NCBI RefSeq assembly: GCF_963921235.1
Contig: NC_086097.1
Coordinates: 103,666,001 to 103,730,000 of the forward strand
Direction of reading: 5' to 3'
DNA length: 64,000 nt
Source: Mobula hypostoma
Taxonomy: Eukaryota
The notes beneath the pieces are model-generated. The model was not told the DNA's origin and made no database searches. It was given only the letters and a program-made list of their open reading frames with translations. Numbering within the stretch: position 1 is the first letter of the stretch; each line of letters begins with the position of its first letter. Shown here in pieces: positions 13,301 through 25,134 of the stretch. The translations under genes and the position numbers were made by a program.

Positions 13301-13694
13301 ATCACCATACACAAGTACAGGCATTGTATATGAGGCAGCAGCAAGTGAGGAGGACTGGCCACTATTGACAAATGGACCAAACGTTCGAGGTCGGCCGAGG
13401 TGTGACAAGTGAAGGAGAGAGTGAGGGGATTGGCTGAGAAGGAGCGATTGATTTAAAAACCAGTCGGGACCAGCCTGCAACACAAACGTTCGAGGTCGGC
13501 CGAGGTGTGACAAGTGAAACGATTTAGTCAAAATATCAGCCAATATAATCAAGGTTTGCTCTAGGGGAGCGGCCTGTCGGGGAGCCGCCTTGTCGAGGGA
13601 AGTGCCTTGTGAGAAAAGTGTGAGTCTTTGGCTCGGGAGTCTTCGGCGAGGAGGCTGAGGAAGGAGACAACGCCACAGTTGGAGAGGGTGAGAA

Positions 13695-14611
13695 ATGACA
13701 GGTCAACTGATTCAGTGTGCTGCTTGCATGATGTGGGAGGTCAGGGACGTTGATGGTGCCTCTGTCTGCTACAGCTGTGAAAAGTGTGTCCAGGTTCAGC
13801 TCCTGAAGGACCGTATTGAGGCACTGGAGAAGCAACTAGATGACCTCAGATTCATCCGGGAAACCGAGAGTTTTCTGGATAGGACCAACAGCGACATCGT
13901 TACACCAAAGAGAGAAGGGGAGCGACGATGAGGAAGGGATGGATGCTTGGAGTACAGCAGACCCCAGGGGATGTACCTCTTGATATCAGGTCCACCCTCT
14001 TGGAAGCTGTCGGGACAGAAGACATTGCCTGTCTGAGAGGTGGACAGGTCAGCGAGTCAAAAATTGGCGCTGAAACAAAGCTGAGGAGACAGAAGTCAGG
14101 CAGAGCCATGGTAGTAGGGGATTCCATAGTGAGAGGTACAGAAAGGGGTTTCTGCGGCAACAGGTGGGATTTAAGGATGGTGTGTTGCCTCCCTGGTACC
14201 AGGATCCGGGATGTCACAGACCGATTGCAGGGCATCCTCAAGGGAGAAGGTGATCAGCTGGAAGTGGTAGTGCATGTCGGCACAAATGACGTCGGGAGGA
14301 TGAGGAAAGAAATTCTGCAGCGTGACTTCAGAGAACTCGGAAGAGGGCTGAAAAGCGGGACCTCCAGGGAGGTTATCTCCAGTTTGCTTCCAGTTCCTTG
14401 TGCTGGAGAGGACAGGAACAGGGAGATAGGGGATCTGAATGTGTGGCTGAGGAGCTGGTGCAGGAAGCAGGGATTTAGATTCTTGGACCTGTGGGATCTG
14501 TTTTGGGGTAAGGATGGATTGTACAGAGGGGACGGGTTGCACCTTAACAGACGGGGGACCGGCATTCTGGCTGGCAGGTTTGCCACTGCTACACGGGTGT
14601 GTTTAAACTAA
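13695..14611 (+). pseudogene. CR1 ORF1: zinc finger/leucine zipper plus SGNH esterase, one frameshift near 13930
   Basis: CAAC...CEKC then LLKDRIEALEKQLDDL; GDSIVRG, VGTND and DGLHLN esterase blocks. Confidence 0.85.
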
Positions 14612-15862
14612 GTAGTGGGGGGGGGAGGGGAAATATAAGGATGGAGTTAAAGGGAATGAGAGAATAAGAAAAGTTAAGAAAAATAACAGAATTAACGGGG
14701 CAGAAAGCTCAGGAAGGGATCAGAGAGTATGGCCAAGTGCAATAGGAATCGATGGGAAAGGTGAGGGGAGTAAAAGTATTACTTTTAATGGACTAAAAGT
14801 ATTATATATGAATGCACAAAGTATAAGAAATAAAGTGGATGAGCTTCAGGCTCAATTGGAAATTGGCAAGTATGATGTTGTGGGAATAACAGAGACATGG
14901 CTGCAAGAGGACCAGGGCTGGGAAATGAATATTCAGGGATATACACACTATCGAAAGGACAGACAGGTTGGCAGAGGGGGTGGGGTGGTTCTGTTTGGTA
15001 AGGAATGAAATTCAGTCACTTGCGAGGGGGGACACAGAATCAGATGTACAGTCAGTATGGACAGAACTGAGCAACTGTAAGGGCAAAAAGACCCTAATGG
15101 GAGTTATCTACAGGCCCCCAAACAGTAGCCTGGATATAGGGTGCAAATTGAATCAAAGAGTTAAAATTGGCATGTCGCAAAGGTAATACCACGGCTGTTA
15201 AAGGGGATTTCAACATGCGGGTAGACTGGGAAAATCAGGTTGGTACTGGACCCCAAGAAAGGGAGTTTGTGGAGAGCCTCAGAGATGGATTCTTAGAGCA
15301 GCTTGTATTACAGCCTATCAGGGAGAAGGCAATTCTAGATTTAGTGTTGTGTAATGAACCAGATTTGATAAGGGAACTCGAGGTAAAGGAGCCATTAGGA
15401 GGTAGTGACCATAATATGATAAGTTTTAATCTATAATTTGAGAGGGAGAAGGGAAAATCGGGAGTGTCAGTATTACAGTTGAACAAAGGGGACTATGGAC
15501 CCATGAGGGAGCAGCCGGCCAAAGTTTACTGGAAAGATACCCCAGCAGGGATGACAGTGGAACAACAATGACAGGTATTTCTGGGAATAACACAGAAGGT
15601 ACAGGATCAGTTAATTCCAAGGAGGAAGAAAGATCCTAAGTGGAGTAAGGGGCGACCATGGATGACAAGGGAACTCAAGGACAGTATAAAAATAAAAGAG
15701 AGGAAGTATAACATAGCAAGGATGAGCGGGAAGCCAGAGGATTGAGAAACTTTTAAGGAGCAACAGAAGATAACTAAAAAGGCAATACGGGGGCAAAAGA
15801 TGAGGTACGAAGGTAAGCCAGCCAAGAATATAAAGGAGGATAGTAATAGCTTCTTTAGGTAT

Positions 15863-16701
15863 TGTGACCAAGTTATCAGAATATTAATGCCGATAAGTGA
15901 GATAAGAGAGAGACAAATGGGGGAAACATTCAAAATGCTAATAAGAGAGAGAGGAGAGGGATTAACAAAAAGGAGACACAGTTCCGAGTATTGTCAGAGA
16001 CCGGTTGCTATGAACCTGAATTGTTTGAAGTTTGACGGACAGGCGATACCCCAGCAGGGGGATAAAAGGAACAGGTTCACTAAGGCAACGGACATCATGA
16101 CACCACGAGATAACGAGACCCTGGAAGTGCAGTGTGCCCCCACAGGTTGGTAGGAGTTTTGGAGGTCTGGTCACGGGACCAACCATAGACGCATAGGGTG
16201 AGACAGTACGATCGGCAGGAACCTGGTGTGTGTGTCCACCCTTGCCTGGGTGCCAGGTTCACCGCAGAAGAACGATTGTATCCGGAACGGAGGGGTCACA
16301 GTCGGTGACCTCAGAAGACATTAAAAAGGGCTCGCGCCAAAAGCTAACTGCGAGGAATATCAAAGGTCTGTTGAATCCGATTTGAATATCAGCATTCGCT
16401 CTCTCTCTCTCTCCCCAACAGCACGACGGCGATTACTGCGAACTGAAACTGAACTGAACTCTGTGTCACTTGAGACTGATCATTTTACCCTTAGACTGCG
16501 ATAGAGCTTGATTGATCCTATTATCCTAGTTCTGTGTACATGTGTGTTTATTCATTGCTAACCTGTTGCACTTATATCCTTACTATTAGAGTACTGTGTT
16601 ACTTATTTCTTTAATAAAACTTTCTTAGTTCCAGTAATTCAGACTCCAACTAAGTGGTCCATTTCTGCTGGTTTGGCAACTCAGTTATGGGGTATGTAAC
16701 A
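15863..16701 (+). mobile_element. Solo LTR (Gypsy- or ERV-type), 839 bp
   Basis: TGTGAC...GTAACA termini, 4-bp TSD GTAT (15859-15862, 16702-16705), GATAAAA near 16061, AATAAA 16613-16618; CR1 ORF2 (SFFRY/VKRKK) rejoins on removal. Confidence 0.88.
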
Positions 16702-17608
16702 GTATGTGAAGAGGAAAAAATTAGTTAAGACCAAAGTTGGGCCCTTGAAGACAGAAATGGGTGAAATTATTATGGGGAACAAGGAAATGGCAGATGAGCT
16801 GAACGGGTACTTTGGATCTGTCTTCAATAGGGAAGACACAAACAATCTCCCAGATGTAATAGTAGCCAGAGGACCTAGAGTAACGGAGGAACTGAAGGAA
16901 ATTTGCATTAGGCAGAAAATGGTGTTGGGTAAACTGATGGGACTGAAGGGTGATAAATCCCCAGGGCCTGATGGTCTGCATCCCAGCGTACTTAAGGAGG
17001 TGGCTCTAGAAATCGTGGACGCATTGGTAATCATTTTCCAATGTTCTATAGATTCAGGATCAGTTCCTGCGGATTGGAGGGTAGCTAATGTTCTCCCACT
17101 TTTTAAGAAAGGAGGGAGAGAGAAAACAGGCAATTATAGATCAGTTAGTCTGACATCAGTGGTGGGGAAGATGCTGGAGTCAATTATAAAAGATGAAATA
17201 GCAGCATATTTTGATAGCAGTAGCAGGATAGGTTTAAGTCAGCATGGATTTACGAAGGGGAAATCATGTTTGACTAATCTTCTGGAATTTTTTGAGGACG
17301 TAACTTTGAAAATGGACCAGGGAGAGCCAGCGGATGTAGTGTACCTGGACTTGCAGAAAGCCTTTGATAAGGTCCCACATAGGAGATTAGTGGGCAAAAT
17401 TAGAGCACATGGTATTGGGGGTAGGGTACTGACATGGATAGAAAATTGGTTGGTAGACAGGAAACAAAGAGTAGAGATTAACGGGTCCCTTTTGGAATGG
17501 CAGGCAGTACTAGTGGGGTACCGCAAGGCTCAGTGCTGGGACTGCAGCTATTTATACTTTATTGTCGCCAAACAGTTGATACTAGAACGTACAATCATCA
17601 TAGCGATA

Positions 17609-19263
17609 CAGGTTTCCCCCGCCATCTGAAGGTACAGCATTCCTGTGAAACGGTTCGTAAGCCGGAATGTCGTAAAGCGAAGAAGCAATTACCTTTACAT
17701 GGGAAAAATCTGCGAGCGTTCGCAGACCCAAAAATAACCTACCAAATCATGCCAAATAACACATAAAACCTAAAACAACAGTAACATATAGTAAAAGCAG
17801 GATTGCTGTGATAAATACACAGCCTATATAAATTAGAAATACTCCTCTACAACGATTGCCTGCACTGTTCTCCATAGCGAAAACCTAACGCAAGCCTCTT
17901 GGCAGAAACACGACGCAAGCACTGTTGGCAGAAAATCTCACGCAAGCGCTCTTCGCAAAAACTCTCTCTCCAGTAACCTTTAAGCTATGAAGCTGCTGAA
18001 TCATACCAAATAACACATAAAAATACATAGCTAATATAAAGTAGAAATAATGTATGTACAGTGTAGTATCACTTACAGGAATCGTGAAGACAGCGCAGAG
18101 CACACTGATGATGGTGTGTTAGACTGAGTCCTTGAAGGTTGGGGTGGTGCAGTGGCCCCCACCCTCCAGGCCGCCAGCTGATACCGATCCACGAAGAATG
18201 TAGCAGTCCGGTGGAATCCGGGAGGCACCCAGCACATCTTTAAGAAAAAAGCCGAAATAAACAAGCTAATTAATTAGGTGCCGCCCGGCACGTAAATGTC
18301 GGCCCAGATCAGAGGCGACGCAATTGGCAATTGCCTCTGATCTGGGCCGACAATTACATGCCAGGCGGCACCTAATTAATTAGCTTGTTTATTTCGGCTT
18401 TTTTCTTAAAGACGTGCTGGATGCCTCCCGGCTACCGCTGCATTCTCCGCAAACCGGTATCTGTCCGCGGCCCGGGGGTTGGGACCACTGGGGTGGTGGG
18501 ACATGGGGGTGTCATTTCATCGTCGATCAGGGTAGGCAGGTCATCTTCTTCTATGTCTGCCTGCCTCGATGGCAAAGGTCGAGGTTCGTTGTCTGCTGCG
18601 GCTCATGTGGAAGGCTTGAAAAACGACAGTATGCTTGACTGCTAGCCTCGCGCATTTTTCTATCATACAGTTCTTTGTAAGCACTCAAACCATCCTGCAA
18701 ATATGCCCTAAACCGACATACCATTTCAAAATTAAAGTCGTACTTTATCATTGCTGCGAAAACCTCATGCAGTTGCTTCACGTTCAGTTTCTGAACAACT
18801 TCACTTTTGCTACTTCATTCGGTTTTGATTGTTATCCTTTCCTCTCCCAATTGCATCAGCTCTTCATCTATCAGTTCTTGGTCATGGGATGCCAAACCTC
18901 TTCAACATCATCTTCGTCAACTTCCACAAGCCAAACTCATTTTGTCCTTACTTCGTTCAGCACAATCGAAATGCTTAATTATGTCTAGTTTTACGCTAAG
19001 TGTAACACCCTTACGAGCTCTTTTAGGCTTTTCCGATACCTTAGAACTCATCTTGCTAACTGCTGCTCACAGGCACGTGTTTAAGCAATGCTGGCGAGAA
19101 TGCCGTTCCAAATCCGGGGGAGAGTGGCTGCTCGGGGCGCGCGGCACGCCGCTTTTTTCGTAACAGTGAAAACACCTTCTGTTAGTGAAAACAGGGAACT
19201 AATGTAGGCCTTTCGTAACAGCGAGGTTTCGTAAAGCGAAGTTCCAAAAGCGGGGGACACCTG
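17609..19263 (-). mobile_element. Tigger/pogo-like non-autonomous DNA transposon
   Basis: TIRs CAGGT(T/G)TCCCCCGC, TA TSDs (17607-8, 19264-5); CENP-B/psq-like N-terminus RKGVTLSVKLDIIK joined to acidic C-terminus EVDEDDVEEV...ELIDEELMQL; no DDE domain. Confidence 0.85.
18218..18432. repeat. Long inverted repeat (~100-bp arms, 16-nt spacer) inside the Tigger element
   Basis: Arm ending ...CAGATCAGAGGC (18316) mirrors GCCTCTGATCTG (18333); weaker symmetry extends to ~18155 and ~18485. Confidence 0.92.
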
Positions 19264-20779
19264 TATTTGATTCTGCGCTTCCCGCTCCCTGGATTACAAA
19301 TCGACAGTAAATATTAAAAATTTAAATTATAAATCATAAATAGAAATATTAGAAAAATGGAAAGTAAGGTAGTACAAAAAAACCAAGCTGCAGGTCTGGA
19401 TATTTGGAGGGTGCGGCTCAGATCCGGGTCAGGATCCGTTCAGCAGTTTTATCACAGTTGGAAAAAAGCTGCTCCCAAATCTGGCCATGTGAGTCTTCAA
19501 GCTCCTGAGCCTTCTCCCGGAGGGAAGAGGGACGAAAAATGTGTTGGCTGGGTGGGTCATGTCCTTGATTATCCTGGCAGCACTGCTCCAACAGCGTGCA
19601 GTGTAAAGTAAGTCCAAGGACAGAAGATTGGTTTGTGTGATGTGCTGCGCTGTGTTCACGATCTTCTGCAGCTTCTTCTGGTCTTGGACAGGACAACTTC
19701 CATACCAGGTTGTGATGCACCCTAGAAGAATGCTTTCTATGGTGCATCTATAAAAATTAGTGAGGGTTTCAGGGGACAGGCCAAATTTCTTTAGTTTTCT
19801 CAGGAAGTAAAGGCGCTGGTGGATGAAGGGATTAAAAGTAACATTAGCAAATTTGAGGATGACACAAAGCTGGGTGACAGTGTGAAATGTGAGGAGGATG
19901 TTATGAGAATACAAGGTGATTTGGACAGGTTGGGTGAGTGGGCAGCTGCATGGCAGATGCAGTTTAATGTGGATAAATGTGAGGTTATTCACTTTGGTGG
20001 CAAGAACAGGAAGGCAGATTACTATCTGAATGGTGTCAAGTTAGGAAAAGGGGAAGTACAACGAGATCTGGGTGTCCTTGTTCATCAGTCACTGAAAGTA
20101 AGCATACAGGTACAGCAGGCAGTGAAGAAAGCTAATGGCATGTTGGCCTTCATAACAAGGGGAGTTGTCTAGGAGCAAAGAGGTCCTTCTGCAGTTGTAC
20201 AAGGCCCTGGTGAGATCCCACTTGGAGTATTGTGTGCAGTTTTGGTCTCCAAATTTGAGGAAGGACATTCTTGCTATGGAGGGAGTGCAGCCAGGGTACA
20301 CTAGGTTAATTCCTGGGATGGCGGGACTGTCATATGTCAAAAGATTGGAGTGTCTGGGCTTGTATACTCTGGAATTTAGAAGGCTGAGAGGGGATCTTAT
20401 TGAAACATATAAGATTGTTAAGGGATTGGACACGCTGGAGGCAGGAAGCATGTTCCCGCTGATGGGTGAATCCAGAACCAGAGGCCACAGTTTAACAATA
20501 AGATGTAGGCCATTTAGAACGGAGTTGAGGAAAAACTTTTTCACCCAGAGAGTGGTGGATATATGGAATGCTCTGCCCCAGAAGGCTGTGGAGGCCAAGT
20601 CTCTGGATGCTTTCAAGAAAGAGATGGATAGAGCTCTTAAAGATAGCGGAATCAAAGGTTATGGGGATAAGGCAGGAACTGGATACTGATTGTGGATGAT
20701 CAGCCATGATCACAGTGAATGGTGGTGCTGGCTCGAAGGGCCAAATGGCCTACTCCTGCACCTGTTGTCTATTGTCTAT

Positions 20780-21226
20780 AAATCTCTGCTAGAGTTTGCT
20801 AGAAGGCATGTGGGAGTCTCTGAGGTCAGCTGGAAGAAGGTTCAATGATCTGATGAAACCAAAATTGAGCTTTTTGGCCATCAGACTAAACTCTATGTTT
20901 GGCATAAGCCAAGCACCACACATCATCAAAAACTCACCATCCCTACTGTGAAGCATTGTGCTAGCTTCATGGTGCTGTGGGGATGCTTCACTGCTGCAGT
21001 CCCTGCAAGACTTGTGAAGATAGAGTGTAAAATGAATACAACAAAATACAGGGAAATCCTGGAGGAAAACCTGATGCAGTCTGCAAGATAACTGTGACTT
21101 AGGAGAAAATTTGTTTTCCACCAAGATAATGACCCTAAGCAAAAAGCCAAAGTTACACAAGAATGGCTTGAAAACAACCTGGAGTGGCCAAGTCAGAGTC
21201 CAACCCTCAATCCAATTGAGAATTTG
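20780..21226 (+). mobile_element. Tc1 transposase middle fragment (DDE region), degraded
   Basis: [23 protein letters not shown] and [14 protein letters not shown] readable across frames; continues from where 9173-10097 stops. Confidence 0.85.
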
Positions 21227-21626
21227 TTCTGGGCTTGTATACTCTGGAATTTAGAAGGATGAGAGGGGATCTGATTGAAACATATAAGATTATTAAGGGA
21301 TTGGACACGCTAGAGGCAGGAAACATGTTCCTGATGTTGGGGGAGTCCAGAACCAGAGGCCACAGTTTAAGAATAAGGGGTAGACCATTTAGAACGGAGT
21401 TGAGGAAAAACTTCTTCAAACAGAGGGTTGTGGGTCTGTGGAATGCTCTGCCTATTAAGGCAGTGGAGGTCAATTCTCTGGATTCTTTCAAGAAAGAGTT
21501 AGATAGAGCTCTTAAAGATAGCGGAGTCAAGGGATATGGGGAGAAGGCAAGATCAGGGTACTGATTGTGGATTATCAGCCATGATCACAGTGAATGGTGG
21601 TGCTCTCCTGCACCTATTGTCTATCT
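21227..21626 (+). mobile_element. CR1 3' fragment
   Basis: ORF 21235-21564 [18 protein letters not shown]; related but not identical to 20352-20779. Confidence 0.9.
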
Positions 21627-21964
21627 ACTGAGCTACCTCCGAAAGATATTACTTTGCTCCTCTCCATTCCTCTCTTATAGCAGACAATTATGCCTACCTA
21701 CAATGGTATCTATAAATTTTGCTGATGCATCCTGGACTGCACCCAGGATTACATTCAAACGCTAAGCACTGGTGACTGCCAGGATATCCAGTTTAATCCC
21801 CACACTATATCACAATTGAAGGCCATTACATTTGTATCTTCTGGTTACAAACCCAAATTGTACCACTATCTGTATTTCATTACAATGTCAAACGTCATCA
21901 TCAAATCACCCTTAATTTTCCACTTTCTTTAGTCCATTTACATTTTATTTAGTTTATTTAAATG

Positions 21965-22240
21965 GGATATTTATTTAGCGATACAGTGCAGAGAAGGTCC
22001 TTCCAGCTCTTTGAACCACACTGCCCCAACAACCCCAATTAACTCTAGTCTAATTATGGAACAATTTACAATATCCAAATACCCTACCCGGTATGTCTTT
22101 GGTCCATGGGAGGAAACCAGAGCACCTAGGGAAAATGCACGCATTCCACAGGGAGGATGTACAGATTCCTTACAGAAAGGCATCAGAGTTGAACTCCGAA
22201 CACCAGGCTGCCCTGAACTAACCACTGTGCTATTGTGGCA
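21965..22240 (-). mobile_element. V-SINE-like tRNA-derived SINE, degraded
   Basis: Minus strand TGCGTGCATTTTCCCTAGGTGCTCTGGTTTCCTCCCA resembles the V-domain; B-box-like GGAGTTCAACTC. Confidence 0.6.
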
Positions 22241-22597
22241 CGCAGAGATACCTCATCTCTGGTGCCATTCCAATGAATTTCTCTTCTACTCTCTTATAAA
22301 AACATCATTTTTCTCAGAATTAAGCACAGTAGACCAACTGAGGCCAGCCAATCTACAAACTTAATATCTATGATATAAATTCCATTTAATATACTCTAAC
22401 ATTATATATAATATAGTCTATAATATACATTTCACATGATATTAGAGAGTGATAAAACTGATCCTGAATTTTAGTATAACTATTAAGATTTAGCAGCATA
22501 AAAGTTCAGACAAAAGCAGGAAGAATTATATACAAACAATTAAAAATAAAAGGCATCAAAGTTAAAAGGCAATTGGATACATTGTGTATGGAATCAC

Positions 22598-22710
22598 CTT
22601 GCACATAGGGACCTTTCTCTGGGTGTTCACGCACACGAAGGGTATAGGGCTTGTTTCCTTCACAGCGTTTCAGAAGATCACGGACACGCTCATTATAAAT
22701 TTCTAGAAAG
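22598..22710 (-). CDS. STARD9: STARD9 kinesin motor exon, 113 nt
   Basis: ttaccag|CTTTCTA...GCAAG|gtgatt; (S)[37 protein letters not shown](G), kinesin EIYNE and LRVREHP motifs. Confidence 0.93.
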
Positions 22711-23187
22711 CTGGTAAAAAGTAAGTTAATGTGTTTCAGTAATTAAATGGCAGATTTAAATGACAGTGAATTTAAAATAAAATTTAAAAATGCATGGCCT
22801 GTTATTACAGAGATTCACTTCTAGGCTGATCTATCTAATTCACAATACTCTACTATTACATAGTAAAAGAGCAAAGAAACTGACCTTTCAACCCAAATGC
22901 TTCTTCCCACTCAATTTGATCTAATTCTTTTGTCAAGTCTTTCTAATCCACGTGCTTAATTCATTTTTTCTTAAATACATCTATTCTTTTTCTTCACTCT
23001 CATTATCTAGTGGTAAGACTACATTCTAATTAATACTGTGGAGAACGATTCTTCCAAAACCATAATTTTTCATCATTTTTATATTATTCTAAAAGTAACA
23101 GGATATGAGGAGGTGCGTAGTTGAAAGAGGAGTGTACAGTAACTTCACTCAATGGTAGGAGAAAAAGAAACACGTGGCACTCCTCAC

Positions 23188-23249
23188 CTAACTTCTATGC
23201 TGCATGGTGCTGGCTTCTCCTGGTAGTCGTCAATTCTTGAAAAAAGGCC
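23188..23249 (-). CDS. STARD9: STARD9 kinesin motor exon, 62 nt
   Basis: tttcacag|GGCCTT...GTTAG|gtgagg; GLFSRIDDYQEKPAPCSIEV(S), ends in phase 2. Confidence 0.9.
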
Positions 23250-23345
23250 CTGTGAAAATTAGCACCATATCAGTATTATATTGGTCCACTGTGACTCATG
23301 TGATACAAGAATCTGTATTGTATAAATTGCTGAGAAGTCACATAC

Positions 23346-23378
23346 CTTGCATATCCTTGGTGTCAGTCCAATTGATGC
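23346..23378 (-). CDS. STARD9: STARD9 kinesin motor exon, 33 nt
   Basis: cccacag|GCATCA...TGCAAG|gtatg; ASIGLTPRICK, in frame with neighbours; too short for the ORF track. Confidence 0.9.
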
Positions 23379-24129
23379 CTGTGGGTCACAAGTGAATAAA
23401 GTCACATGATGGATACTTTAAGAGCTTCCTTACCCAACAATCTGTTGTTATTTCTAATCACTAAATTGATCAAAGTGCCATTAATTTGTTCTGTCCACAG
23501 AGCATCCTAACCATCTTTTTCTCACTGTTATACAGGTATACTTCATCAGTATTGACAGCTTCATAATCATATTTCAGAGTATATTAATGGGCTATCATGT
23601 CCCTGATATTGTGAAAAGTGAAGTTGTCAATCTGCATTCTCACGGCCAAATTTTCCACAATTCTCCTAATGAGGAACAAATATTGAGATGAATGAAATGC
23701 TGGAAAAATTCAGGTGAAACATTAACTTGCTTGGCAGTGGAATGGGAACTAGAGCATCAGGTAAGAAAGGGGAGGGCTTAAGAGAAAGTTACATCATGAC
23801 CATAAGGAAGGACAGGCAGGGCAGGAGAACAGGATGGACAGATGGAAGTGTGGCTTTGTCTGTACAGTTTGTCTTCTTTTGCACATTGTCTGCTAATGAA
23901 AAGCTTTTGGAAAATGTTATTGTACCACCTATTTTCCTGTAAATGCCTGCAAGAAAATGAAAAGTAGTATACAGTAAAATATGCATTATCATTTAATAAA
24001 TTTACTTTGAAATTTAAGCATGGGATCAAGATGTTGTAGCCTTAGTTGAGAGAGTGACAGGACTGGATAATTAATCTTCCAGGACTTTGATGTCTTAGGA
24101 AAGATAGAGAAAATTAAAGGGGCGGGGGG

Positions 24130-24845
24130 GGGCTTGTTCTATGTTAAAAGGCTTGAACAGATCAGATATGGCAAAGTGATTTCCCATGGTAGGGGGTTCT
24201 AGGACAAGAGGGTACGACTTCAGGATTGAAGGTCGTCCTTTTAGAACTGAGATGTGGAGAAATTACTTTCGTCCAAGGGAGGCCAAGTCATTGGGTGTAT
24301 TTAAGGCAGAGATAGATAGGTTCTTGATTAGCTAGGCCATCAAAGGGGATGGGGTGAAAGCAGGGGAGTGGGGATGACTGGAAGAATTGGACCAGCCCAT
24401 AATTGAATGGCGGAGCAGACTCAATGGGACGAATGGTCTACTTCAACTCCTATATCTTATGGTCTTATGATCTCATTGAAACCTACTGAATGTTGAAAAG
24501 ACTAGATTAGGTGGATGTGGAGAGGATGTTTCTTATGCTGGGCCTATCCAGAACCAAAGGGAACAGCCTCAAAATTGAGGGGTGATCTTTTAGAACAGAG
24601 GTAAGGAGGCATTTTTTAGCCAGAGAGCAGTGAATCTGTGGAATGCTCTACCACAGACTATGGTTGAGGCCAAGTCTGTGGGTATAGTTCGAGTGGAAGT
24701 TGATAGTTTCCTGATTGGTCAGGGCATCAAAGATATGGTGAGAAAGCAGGTTGAGTGGGATTTGGGATGAGCCATGATGAAATGGCGGGGCAGACTCGAT
24801 GGATTGAATGTCCTAATTCTGTTCCTATGTCTTATAGTCTTATGG
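24130..24845 (+). mobile_element. Two adjacent CR1 3' fragments
   Basis: Two successive RTRG...FRTE segments, each ending in TCTTATGG-type tails (~24470 and ~24845). Confidence 0.8.
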
Positions 24846-24884
24846 ACTCTCCCCACCAGGTTCAGGAACAGTTACTATGCCTCA

Positions 24885-25134
24885 TAACAGTACCTGTCCC
24901 ATGATCATCTCATATCCCTTTTGCCAATCAACTGTCCAGCTCTTAGCTCCATCCCTCCCCCCCGTCTTCTCCTATCATTTCAGATCTCCCCCTCCCCCTC
25001 CCACTTTCAAATCTCTTACAAGCTCTTCTTTCAGTTAGTCCTGACGAAGGGTCTCAGCCCGAAACATCAACTGTACCTCTTCCTCGAGATGCTGCCTGGC
25101 CTGCTGCGTTCACCAGCAATTTTTGTGTGTGTTG
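24885..25134 (+). mobile_element. Penelope-like terminal fragment with hammerhead motif (25037-25072)
   Basis: 10-bp TSD CTATGCCTCA (24875-24884, 25135-25144); agtc CTGACGA agggtctcagccc GAAAC ATC. Confidence 0.85.

Larger units (their letters stand above)
17555..19820 (-). mobile_element. Rex/Babar-like LINE 3' fragment inserted in CR1, split by a Tigger element
   Basis: HQRLYFLRKLKKFGLSPETLTNFYRCTIESIL...LPSGRRLRSL in ORF 19429-19992; 3' UTR continues across the Tigger. Confidence 0.8.
13330..20779 (+). mobile_element. Full-length CR1 LINE (5' UTR, ORF1, APE+RT ORF2), disrupted by frameshifts and nested inserts
   Basis: ORF1 13695-14611; APE fragments NAQSIRNK, ITETW, GDFN, SDH (14808-15436); RT fragments 16706-20689; (ATTGTCT) tail. 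5' boundary approximate. Confidence 0.9.

Noticed and set aside
13378..13518. CRISPR-like 36-bp repeat pair
   Set aside because: Only two units, eukaryotic LINE 5' UTR context, no cas genes
19429..19992. 187-aa ORF as a novel fusion protein
   Set aside because: Accidental join of antisense CR1 and a Rex-like fragment at an insertion junction
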